A DNA stretch of 63,208 nucleotides, counting the filler, from Sphacelaria rigidula (lineage: Eukaryota): assembly GCA_964200075.2 (NCBI GenBank). It is 7 parts of 7 records of this genome, joined end to end, with 100 filler letters (N's around TTAATTAATTAA, not from the genome) between each part and the next. Parts side by side here need not be neighbours in the genome. Positions count along the whole stretch, not along the records: positions 1 to 8,946 come from CAXNAA020009685.1; positions 9,047 to 17,991 come from CAXNAA020009686.1; 5 more parts are not named here. The stretch is one strand, 5' to 3'. Numbering within the stretch: the first letter of the stretch is position 1; every line of letters begins with the position of its first letter. The notes under the pieces are model-generated. The model was given only the letters and a program-made list of their open reading frames with translations, ran no database searches and was not told where the DNA came from. Below are positions 1-10,944 of the stretch, one piece after another. The position numbers and the translations under genes are program-made.

Positions 1-984
1 CATAATCCGTACAAGACACATTACAAAAAAAAAAAAGAAAAAAAAAATAAGAAGAGCGACGCCACGAAAACCGGTGAGAAGTAGCTCCCCCGAGTTCAAC
101 GGGGAGAGAAAAGAAAGAAAGAAAAAACAAACAAAGTAAAACGCAGGGAAATGGGCATGTTCATAGACGTGTTGAAGTGTCACGACTAATTCAACAATAC
201 TTCCAAAAGGAGTACAACAAACCGAGAACGGCAACCACAACGTCCACCCAATCACAGGCACCACGTGACCATCCACCGTACTTTCCACCCACAGCGAGTG
301 TACTCAACAGCACCACCGCCCCTGCCCAAAGAACACACCAACAGCCATAGAGGGCATTTCCTCCAAGCGGCGCCCCCCCCCCGCCCCTGCAACGCGCCTT
401 CCGAAGCCTTTCCCTGCTCAAGTACCGCACGCAAGAAGACTACATCAACCCTCCTAAAGCGGTCAAACATTCGCATCAAGGAAAAGTTGCGAAAGCACCG
501 CCCGCGGATCCAGATGTCAAATGCGTAGACTGCATCAGCCCCTCCCTTTCTGTGGTGCATACTATTTCATACGATCCTCGTATGGGTTTTCCTGTTGATG
601 GCCTCGTTGCGTATCTCGTGAATGACTCGTAAAGAGTAAGTCGAGACCTCGAGGGTCATGGTGGATAGCGTACGCACGTGCAAAGTCAGGAGGGAGTTGT
701 CTTGCTTGTGGGGGTTAAGATCTACGCCACTAATTTCGAGGCATTGAGACGACCCAGGGTACTTTCGTCTGCAGTCAGCGTCATGGTTCTTCTCGTGCAG
801 ACCATCGGGTCTGACGTACATCCCTTTCGACAAATTTACCGGCTCTCATCCGTTCTTCCGGGCCAGCAGGGAGCAGGCCGTTCACAACGAACCGGACCTC
901 GGCCTGCACGACGCCAGTAAAATAAAGCTCACGGCTGAAAATCTTGATGAACAGCAACTGAGTAAGTAGCTTGTGGTGGAAAAA

Positions 985-1440
985 ATAAATGACTCGAGCT
1001 AACCAGTCATCACTAGTGGTGAAAATAATAAAGGACTCCAGCACACGACTCGTTGCTCCTGGTTAAAAACATTAACAGCTCGAGCAGTCGAATCATTGCT
1101 TGGCATCCAAAAAGTAAATGGCCCGCGTGAACAAGAGTTTACTCGTGGTTCAAAGAATGTCCTTGTTCGCGGGAAAACAATAAATGACTCGAGCACACGA
1201 GTCAGTGCTCGTGGTTCAAAAACTGAACAGCTCGAGCACTCGAGTCATCTGGGAAAGACAATAAATGATCCGAGCACACGAGTCATTGATCGTGGTAGCA
1301 CCCGGGTCGTTGCTCGTGGTGGAAACAAATAAGTAACTCGAGCAAACTAATTATGCTCGTCGTTTTTCAAAACAAGTCACTCCAGCTCACGAGTCATGAT
1401 CGGTGTTCTCGAGGAATACTAACGAGTGCACTCGTTTCGA
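985..1440. repeat. Degenerate short-motif repeat array (aaaacaataaatgactcgagcacacgagtc..tgctcgtggt), possibly subterminal repeats of a non-autonomous DNA transposon
   Basis: The motif recurs at about 985, 1023, 1174 and 1255, with many ctcgag/acgagt/ctcgtg variants in both orientations. Confidence 0.6.
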
Positions 1441-1974
1441 CGGGTGGTGGTTCCTCCGACGCGTGATATTTTTGAACAAAATGTACACGATTTCGGTAAT
1501 CAAATTTAGTTTTTTTGAACTCAGCGCCTTCGTTACTCGTTCCATCCTACCGTGGCATGTTATGATGGGATCGTCTCTGGCCACAGCTCCTTCACCTACG
1601 CGTACGAATGCGAGCCGTCTGTCACCCTAAAGAACGGTCGACAAGTTGCCTGGTCCACCACACAGTTGACCATTTGTCCAAGCGACGGTAGAGAGGGTGA
1701 GGTACCCTCCCGAAATCCCAATATCACAATAAATAGGATCAGAAGAAAAAATAGCACACTCGCCGTTCCAAATGCTGCCGCGCTGCCGTATTATTGCCAG
1801 TTGTGCAATCCAGATTCAGTGCAACCTGGCAGACACGTGGGGCTGGAGGGTTCTTAAGTCTCAAACTAAAACAGTTGAATGTGAAGAAGGCGGTCACAAT
1901 CAAAACCTATGTTAGACAAAGAATGATAACAATAATGGCAACCGATGATTATGTAAAAACAAAAAGCAACTACA

Positions 1975-2400
1975 GACTGGTCCAGCCCAGAGACGGGTTC
2001 AAGCTCTTGAAGAAATACATCATCGATACAGACGAGTTGGGCCGTGACCCGCATATCGTTATGGTCGTCTAACCAAGAGGAACGTGTCCATCTGCTCAAA
2101 AGCTTTGGCCGTTTTTTTCTCGTTGATTAAGCCCCATGTCTACTAACTCCTATACCGTACGGATGTAGCGTCCATACTAAAATCTACATGAAACTCCGGA
2201 CGATGAACTCAGAGGATGGCAATTATTCATGTGGACATTCCCCGGAGCACGGGAAAACGGTAGATACCCTCACCTTCACCTAATCCATTATCTACCTGGA
2301 GATATGGCGCACATAAGGTTCCATACGAAAGTCAATATATTACGAGCAGAGACACTAAACACACAACGTCTGGATATCGCGTCTCAGTTTTCGAGAGTCG
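1975..2400 (+). repeat. Dispersed repeat with a diverged inverted copy at about 19085-19507
   Basis: Co-linear by eye with the reverse complement of 19085-19507, sharing blocks such as gagatatggcgcacat, tatattacgagcagag and ctggatatc. Confidence 0.75.
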
Positions 2401-2519
2401 TACTTTGAAATTTCGTATGGGGAACCGCTAGTGCATAATATGCATGAAAAACACTTCTCTTCAAAGAAAAAATCCACGTTTTTCTAGTAGAGTTTTGAGG
2501 GAAATGGACATTGCTGTTT

Positions 2520-3150
2520 TTGGGCCTTACCTCAGCATTTTAGCTCAATTTCTCGGATCGTGATTTGAAACAGAGCATGAAGGATAGCAAATACGTGACG
2601 AAGAAAAAAATGGGCCTCCACTTTCTTCTTGCGAGAGAGATTAGGGCGTTCTCGTGAAAACATGGTCTTTACCAGACTGAAACGTCCTAGATCAGTAAAA
2701 AACAAACTGGCCCATTTTTTTTCGCTTCATCACGTCCTAGCGAGGACCCACACAAAACTCCAATACACAAGTACCAAACCTGGGCTGATAAGTGGCTCGC
2801 AAAATACTGTTCCGAATTCAACCCGTTCCGGTTTACAAACGGCCCATTCTCAGCTCAATTTTCAGAGTTGGAGCTTAAAGTTTAGTTGTACAACAAATAA
2901 GCTACAATAATGAAACGTGTGCATGGACCCAAAGCTGCTCTTGTCTTTCATGAGTTGAAGGCAGTAATCAGTTCTCAGGCTTCAGTAAAATGCCGTCAAC
3001 TCATGAAAAAAAAGCTTTGCTTCCATGCATACGTTTTTTATCACAGCCTTTTCATTGTCCGTACCAAATTTTAAGATCCAATCCAAAAAATTGAGCTGAG
3101 AAATGGGCCTGCAAACTACAAATCCGTTTCTAGGCTGGCCCAGCTCGTAT
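2520..3150. mobile_element. Nested imperfect palindromes, typical of non-autonomous DNA transposon/foldback internal sequence
   Basis: 2841-2965 is an inverted copy of 2990-3108, and 2593-2617 is inverted relative to 2709-2735. Confidence 0.6.
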
Positions 3151-4205
3151 CGAGCATCACATCCACCAACCTAGCATAAATCGACCTTTCTTTTTTTAGA
3201 GCGATTAGAATCAGAGCATAATATAGAGTTTCGGAAAACGCTTTTTTTCGTCATTTCAGAGTGAAAATATCTCAGGACAAGAGTGTGACGAAAAGTTATT
3301 CCGCCCTCTGTCAAATGTGATATCCCCTTCACTTTATTTCGATAAGTTTTTTCTTTCGCACTATAATTCTAAAGCATTTGCACTTTGAAATGAAAATAAC
3401 GCGTTTCCCGAAACTCTCTAAGATCCACAAAGCGAGCACTGCTTTTGGTGAGATTACGAGCATAAAAAGACGCCTACACGAGGATGATTGGGAGAACCCT
3501 ACATCGCGAGGTGGCACGGGAACTTCCATTGAACCAAAAATAACAATGTCAACAAACGCCTGGCCTACCAAATGCTCAGCAGGAAGCTTGAAGATGGTTG
3601 GTCGCACATGTCTATTGTCATCCGAGCGCTGCACACGCACAGCTGGCCGCTTCTTACTGCTGCCTTCATCGACTGTGGCGTGCCTTGCCCTCCGTCGCTT
3701 ACACCTGTTTCCACGTCCAACCAACGGGTTGTACTTTGCAGCAAGCGCTAGTATAATCATCACATGAGGCGAGGCACGCTTTGATACTGGGCCTTCCTCC
3801 CTACTCCATGGGGGCGTCGGTCATATCCAGAAACAGAACAAGTGTAATGTCAACGACAACAAGCAGTATAATGATGGGGGCGGGTGGGTGGGGGGGCTCG
3901 GAAGGTATGGTATAGCAAAACGTATACACCTCACCACCTCACATCATTATTCCGCTGAAATGTTTCAACACCTATTTCCTGCATATTTTTGTGGTACCGT
4001 TTGAGAGGTTGCACATCTACGAGTACGGTAAATAAAAGTTGGCTTCGATTCTGAAATGTTCATTACCACAGTCATTTTCAGAGTTTTCGGCATGTGTGTC
4101 GTATCCACCGTCCTCTCCTTCGGCCGTGTATCCCGCTTGGAAATTAGGCTAAACCTAACACCGATACATCGCACACATCTACTCACACGGAAGGGTCTTG
4201 CTATT

Positions 4206-4303
4206 TACGTCAACGTTGACGTAATTTGTTACATCTGTCAGCGTTGACGTACTCTGTTACATCCGTCAACGTTGACGTATTCTGTTACATTCGTCAACGT
4301 TCA
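4206..4303. repeat. 28-bp minisatellite, about 3.5 copies, with palindromic core cgtcaacgttgacg
   Basis: Units start at 4207, 4235, 4263 and 4291. 4206-4223 (tacgtcaacgttgacgta) is a perfect palindrome. Confidence 0.9.
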
Positions 4304-5249
4304 GCATCCGTCCCACAAACCCCGCATGGACACAGCAACACATGGAAAACACTCACACAGTCTCTAGCTATCGTCCAAGTCATCGCACGGAGCAAACGGA
4401 TCCGTAGCGGATGAGATACGTGCTTAGCTGTCACAACGTTGTGCTACACACGATGTGCTGATCACAGATAAGTGATCGAAAAGGCCGCAAGCTTCGAATA
4501 GGCAAGCCCGGACGCCGGTGGACACAACATCAAGTTGTTACCGTGATAGCTGAGGTCATGGGTTGGGTATAGGCAGCGGGAAGACTTGATTCGTATCCGT
4601 ACTCTTCACAGCGGCAGCTTTGTAGACTAAAAATATCCTGGGGAGGATTGCGAATACTCAAGATCCTCTTGTGGGGATTTCAGAATGGACGGAACTGAGG
4701 GTGACGATTGGAAAATCTTTTGCAAGGTAGCCGAATGGCCGCGTTTGCTGTGTATGCCAGAGGTGGATGGGGACGTGCATTCTTCGTACGACACCACCCA
4801 CGATTTACCTTATTGCAGCAGACTACTTCTGGCTTGATTGAGCCTCTGTTCGTGCGAACATCAGGACAAAGGTTTAGTGTGGTTTCCTTTCTCAGGGGGT
4901 ACTGTATAAATCTTACAAAATTGAACGAAACCCATCGCAACGCTTCTATTTGGTTAATGTAAGTTAGAGGTAAACGTACCAATTAAGGTACGCTTAAGGC
5001 ACATGACGGGGAAAACTCTGGTTCGTGGACATCACGACACGTGGAACAATGCTCAGAGTATCCGGAGAGAGGTGATTTATTATTTCATCATCTAAGCTTC
5101 TCAAAGTTGAACAATAACCAAACCAAGTCGCAGGAGTAGATGTGGAGTATGGCTCTATTGACGTAAAAAATGGGGCAAAAACACCCTCTGTTTCAATTAC
5201 GGTACACTTTACGCAGTAGTTAAGTTTTCGCGACCGTAGACGTCTCAGA

Positions 5250-6330
5250 CCTTTTGCTTTGGTACAAATATTTATTAGATTAGTGCGGTGCGTTTTCAAA
5301 TAAAACAAACAAACAAATTTAATCCGGGGATGAAAATTGCCTATCCCCTGTTTTTCGGAATAATTTTCGCCATTAAGTCGGTGTTTGGCGACGCCGTACT
5401 CGACGAAAACTACTGTTTCCTTTTTTTTCTTTTTCAACCCATCGAAATACGTTTTGATAGTAACCTCCCAAAATTTCGTGCTCATCGGTTGTGATTGAGG
5501 TACTCTGTCACGATCGTTAAGGGGTGCCGCGATGAGCACCAGAAATCGACAATGACTACGAAAACGGAACACCTGGGGCGTTTCAGGCCTCCTCTTTTGG
5601 TATAAATGTGTATGACACTAGTGCAGTCCATTTTGCAAAAAAAAAAACGGGGATGAAAATGGCATATTCCCTAGTTTTCGGAACAAATTTCGCCATTAAT
5701 TCTGTGTTTGGCAACGCCGTACTCGACGAAAACGCTTTTTTCTTGTACTGCTTTTTCAACCCATCGAGATACGTTTTGACAGTAATCTCCCAAAATCTGG
5801 TGTTCATGCCTTACGATTAAGGTACTATGACGCACGTTGAGTGATGCCCCCTGATCACCAGAAATTGACAATGCTGCGAAAATGGAACACCTAGAGCCAG
5901 GACATTCCAGATATTTTTCTCCAGCACAAACCTTTGCGCATCGCAATGCATGACCATGCCGTACGATGCATCACTTTCTGGCACCAAAGAGGGAAAAGAG
6001 GCAATTCGGGGAATAAATTGGCCTATCCCCGGATTTTCGGAATAAAGTTGAGCATTCTTCTCCGTGTTTGGCAACGCCGAACTCGACGAACACGTTCGCA
6101 GAGCTCTAAGCTTTCTGTTTCTTCAGAGCTACCTAACCAAGTGGGATTAGTTTTGACATAATTGTCGCCAAATTTTGGTGTTCGACGGATGTGACCGAGT
6201 TGCAATGAAACACGTTTGCTGCCCCCCCGCCCCCCCCCTCGCCAAATTGTCGCCAAAATCGACAACGACCACGAGAACGGCAGACGTGGCTCGCAGACAG
6301 CAGCGAGCACGAAATATAGCAAGCCAAGCA
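5250..6330. repeat. Three diverged tandem copies of a ~330-bp unit
   Basis: The block ggggatgaaaatt(g)gc.tat.ccc..ttttcggaa...gtgtttggc.acgccg.actcgacgaa recurs at about 5325, 5648 and 6008. Confidence 0.8.
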
Positions 6331-6468
6331 GCGAAAACTTCGCCTAATCTTTCTCGTCGATGACCTTCCACGCCCTGGTCCCTTGCGGAGTAACACCTAC
6401 GGCGGAGATATCCACGAGTGGCGGGTATAAGGGGCGGGGGGTGGGGAGGGGGGGCACGGTACAGAGTA

Positions 6469-6768
6469 AACAACGTTTTCGTGAGATTGATAGTAGAATG
6501 CTCATTGAGAGCGGCTTTGATCATTCGCTTTAACTAAGCCAACTTTTCATCCCGTGTCTGCTTTTATTTGTCTCTTTCACTAGCGTATGCTTACAGCTAC
6601 ACGTCGATATCCTACTCAGGGATATCAAGGGCCTCAGTGGCGAGCTGCTAAATAGAGCATATCGGGCCTCACGGAGGTGCATTTCGGAACTGAAACTCTT
6701 CAGTCGCTAATTGACTGCTTTTCAGTCTCGATCGTATCTTCTACTCTCAATCTCACAAAAACATTGTT
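6469..6768. mobile_element. MITE family A (~300 bp, ~29-bp TIR aacaaYgttttYgtgagattga.agtaga)
   Basis: TIRs at 6469-6497 and 6740-6768. A full inverted copy lies at 34891-35170 and a 5' fragment at 63072-63145. Confidence 0.8.
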
Positions 6769-7139
6769 GGTAGTAAGTCGAGTATCGGGTGGTGCGCACA
6801 GTACTGGCACAATCTCTAAACGCGGCACTTGCAACACCTCTACAGACAGTATAGGCAGGACCTCTATGAAGAGTAAGTTCAATCAACAGAACACGCCGAG
6901 ACAGCAATGAGCAAGCAAACGCCAAGTGCTTCGTCGGCGAAGAATGCGGCGAAAATAATACCGAATCAAACGTAGCATGACTGAGAGCAGACAAACATCA
7001 CGCCACAGCAACAGCCCCTGGCTCTAGCTCCAGACACATGCGTTGTATCACATGAACGTAACAGCTCTTGACAGAAAGTAACGCACCTGCCTCATCTCTG
7101 CTCCATCTGTGGTCGGCTGCTCGCTTTTGCTTGTGCTCT

Positions 7140-7587
7140 TAGTCCTCACAGGCCGCATAAAACTCCGGCATGCGATCTTCTTCGTCGGCCGCACCACCCT
7201 GTCGGCCTTGTAGATGAGGTTGCTGCGCTCACCTGGCCGCGGGTGCCTCCGCAGGAACAAGCCGAGCCATTTTCGACCTGAGCCTACGGTCGGGTCCTAT
7301 GACACCGGTTGGTTGTCGCTCTAGAGTGCCATAGCCGCCTGTTTCAGGCCATCTCTATTCAGGCCCGTTGACGAACTGCGGCAAATTTTCAGCATATCAT
7401 CGAAGGAATTTTCTTCCCACCTCGACAGCACAGTACCCGGACCAACCCTGCCAGCTATGCCCACGCTACCACTGACACGCTTCTGCAGCGAACCAACGAA
7501 GCTTTCGAAAGTCTTTGCAGTAGCATGGAAGATCATGCGACCGCTGCGTACCGCTTCTACGGCCTTTGTTGCACGTTCTGGGTCCAT
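7140..7587 (-). pseudogene. pogo/Tigger-like transposase N-terminal relic (psq-type HTH plus CENP-B-type HTH)
   Basis: One frame reads AVEAVRSGRMIFHATAKTF..SLQKRVSG..GPGTVLSRWEE..GLNRDGLKQAAMAL*..GRKWLGLFLRRHP, with in-frame stops and then a frameshift. A possible TA|CAGT terminus lies at about 7824. Confidence 0.75.
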
Positions 7588-8482
7588 CTTTACTCTCTGC
7601 ATGCTTAGCAACCGATCGACCAAAAAGCCGATTTTGAAAAAAGACACACACGCCCTTACTCACAGTGCTACTGTGGGATGGTGTTTTTTTATACAAAAGG
7701 CACGTACAGTAGCTCAAAAGAAGCGTCGTGCTCTTGTGCACACGCAGAAAAAAACAGGACGGAAAACAACCAATATTTCGCGGAGTTATGGACTATTAAA
7801 AAAAGAGTACCTTTATTGGTACTGTACCGAAGTTGGTACGTTTACTCTAGATCGCTGGGAATAATAGAACAGGGGTACAAGACCCTGTGCTCTTGACAGC
7901 GCGGTTGAGAGTCAGTCATGTCAACATTTTTTTTGCCCCTTTAGCAACCGCGGTTTCTCGCAGTCATTCAGTTTGTCCCGTGTCGGTTACTTGCAGTTGT
8001 TTTATCCCAGATTTATCACGAGAATCTACAAAACAAGGACGTATAGCAAGAACTTATACTGTTGTACCTAAGAGGACCCCGGCCCATACCCACGGGTAGA
8101 TATGCGTGTGCATACAGGTGCGGTTGCGAGCACTCGAATGACCTGGCCGGTAGCTTTCCTCAGGAAAACTACGTGACTTCAGTGTGTTGACGCCAGCTAA
8201 ACTCATGCGTAAATGTGCCGTTATTTTGCGATGCGCTTGTTGAGAGAGAGAGTTCATATTCCGAACCTGACATATATGCAGACGCAAACTGTTAGATATC
8301 CGTCGAATCTCAATAACATGCATGCACACGCGCCTCGTCTGTGCGCCGCCCTACAGTAATCAAATTTGCTTCGCCTTCTGCGTCATTCAATGATGAAGGT
8401 GGATCAAAATCGCCATTTTTTACAACATGGGGACCAAAGCATTTCCCCGCATACTAGCTTGTTCCATGGAACAACCGGGTCA

Positions 8483-8946
8483 TGCCACGGTAGGGGTTGC
8501 ACATTTGGGCCCAGATGTTTTTCATTGATGAACTCTTGAAGTTAGCAGCTACATGAGAACATGGGTGATAAGGACATACATTCCTGCTTTAAAACTCATT
8601 CGAGATATCCCTAGCCCTTTGTAATGCTAGGCGTAACGTGATCTCACATATTTCATGGGTCATTTTTTGGAAGAGATAAAGGGCTTCTAACAATTCAAAC
8701 TTGAGAAACATTTGAGCAATGCTACGGTAGGGGTGCACTTTTTTCGCGAAATTATGTCTAGTTCAGGGGCTCCTCACGATTCTAGATGCACGAAAATATG
8801 GATCAGGGCATGCCCCCTTGCAAATTTATTCTGGATATCTCTAGCACATTGGAAAAGTAATCCTGGCGTACTTTCACATATTTTCATAGGTCGTGTTTCG
8901 CATGAGATGAAGGGCTCCTAACAATTCTAACCTCAGAAAATATTTC
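8483..8946. repeat. Two tandem ~232-bp units of the family seen as a TIR-bounded MITE at 49247-49503
   Basis: Shared tgc(c/t)acggtagggg start and ctaacaattc end. 8714-8946 aligns with 49247-49478. Confidence 0.75.
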
Positions 8947-9046
8947 NNNNNNNNNNNNNNNNNNNNNNNNNNNNNNNNNNNNNNNNNNNNTTAATTAATT
9001 AANNNNNNNNNNNNNNNNNNNNNNNNNNNNNNNNNNNNNNNNNNNN
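8947..9046. other. Artificial contig spacer (44 N + TTAATTAATTAA + 44 N)
   Basis: Exactly 100 bp with a six-frame stop linker. Identical spacers occur at 17992-18091, 27036-27135, 36080-36179, 45124-45223 and 54167-54266. Confidence 0.98.
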
Positions 9047-10645
9047 AACGAAGATAGTAACGAAAAGCATGGGGATTATCAAAAAACGCCGCTAATCGGG
9101 CGGCGGCCACCGCGGTTGAGGAGGGGAAATGACTCAAGAAACAAAATCGACCGTTGACGTATCAGTTTCAGACTCCAGACACGGTTCGGATCACGCTTCC
9201 AGCGAACGGGTATACGCAGCCTTTGGATTAGCATAAAAATACAAGATACGGTCACAGATAAAAGGGTGGAAAAACCAAACACCATTTCAAAGGACCACAT
9301 GGTAACTCAGGCGCTAGCTTCTGTCAACTTTTGGTGGCGAATGTGTGTTATTTTCAGCGCTTGTCACGTGAAGATAATTTCACGGGACGGGGATTCCGGT
9401 CTTGTCTGTTCCTAACGGGAAAAATTCACGGCATCATCGACGGGATTTCTCGTCCAAACTGATGAGAACATGAGTATTCATCTCTTTATGTGGAATGTGG
9501 GGAAGTATGTTTTAGACTCCGGCTCCTTGATTGATTGATTGTCGTACATTAACGGATCTCCCAGGTGGTCATAATCCAGTCATGGTCATTATCCACATGA
9601 AAGACACACTTGCGAAAGAAGAAAGCTGAAACACTCGCGGAGGGTGAAAACAAAACTCAAGAAAAAAACAAACAAGGAGGTCTCCACCACAGCCTACTCG
9701 TAACTCACATTTCGCATTAAGGGATGAACGATCACAATCATCGTACACCAGGGCGTGTGACAGGACTCCGCGACGGGACCGTTTTCATGTCGCTAATATG
9801 AGTCCACCCAACTGATATGGTTGTCGGAAGCTACCTCTCAATATCGGTCCCTGTTTCATAGTGAAAAAAGTCCTGTTCCCCATAAACTTCCATCCAGTTC
9901 CAACATCTTACTTGGCGACAGGAAATCGTTGCCGTCACGCCCCGTAATTTTTTTTGCCCCGACGGGGAATTGTTCCACAAGTGGCGGCCACGGCCTGGAT
10001 ATTTTGCTCCGGCGAAGAGAACGAACCTACGATTTACTAGAGGTCCTCTACTGAAAAAAGAGTCAGCTCCGACTTTAACCGTCCGTACGAACAGGGAGGG
10101 GCAACCGTTTTTCGAAAACACAGCGTCTCTGCTATGTCGTGATTCCCAACGCATACAGTATAATTCCGTCATATTTCGCTGTGGCTCCAGACGATAGGTT
10201 GGTTTCCCAACTGAGAGTCTCGCACGGTCAATTTCCGAGGAGGTCTCCGCCACCATCATGTCTGCACGACGAATCTTTTGTGGCTACTCAGTTTTGACTC
10301 GAAACGAAGGTCGCATTTGTTTCACCACGGAATTGACATCTCCAGCTATGAGGCTACTTGATAATTCGAATAAAAAATCCAAAATCAATTTTCAATGCTA
10401 TGGAAAATGAATATATACCCAAAAAGTAATAACGCGATATTCCCCCCCCCCAACCAGTCCGAAACGGTTACGAAAATGGCCATATAGCATATTATATAAC
10501 TGCATGAAGCGCCTCATCATATGGGTGAAATTAGGAAAACGCCCCGAAGCGTGGGAGTTCCCAGCTGCTCGGTGTGCTTAGCACATGTCATTTTGGGTCA
10601 CATACAGATTTCGCCTCTTAAGACAAGCCATATCTTTTGGGGGGT

Positions 10646-10944
10646 TGTACTCATGATCTTGCATGTCATAGTCAGATGACCATTGACCGAGCATCCCTAC
10701 ACAGGGGGTACAGAACACGCCGGCTTTATGCCGGACCAGGCTCGCAATTAATCACCTAGCGCGAAGCGCCGTGGTGTAATGCGAGTCGCAGAAAGGCTGA
10801 GCTGAATCCTGCCAAGATTGTTCGGCCCGAAGCGTACTGATCATCTTGCATCTGGATGACAGCCCCGATGAGCTGCTCCATTTTCTGGTATCGCCACTTC
10901 CGGAGACAGCCACGGCTTATAAACTGCCTCATGAGTGTTTCACA
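10646..10944 (+). mobile_element. ~300-bp LTR-like dispersed repeat (TGTACTCATG...CATGAGTGTTTCACA)
   Basis: Copies at 20010-20303 (-) and 53169-53470 (-), with fragments at 19938-19991, 33972-34005 and 45224-45297. It has TG..CA ends and a G-rich tract abutting the TGTAC end. Confidence 0.6.

Noticed and set aside
252..833. Nearly open ~195-codon minus frame with one stop, possibly a retroelement C-terminus
   Set aside because: No motif could be recognised with confidence.
4206..4303. CRISPR-like array
   Set aside because: There are no unique spacers and no cas genes, and the context is eukaryotic.
4994..5572. 192-aa minus-strand ORF
   Set aside because: It lies in an AT-rich tandem repeat unit, has low-complexity Lys runs, and the frame is not preserved in sister units.
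8991..9002. TTAATTAATTAA recurring every ~9.04 kb as a biological periodic signal
   Set aside because: It is embedded in N runs of fixed length and is a synthetic six-frame stop linker.
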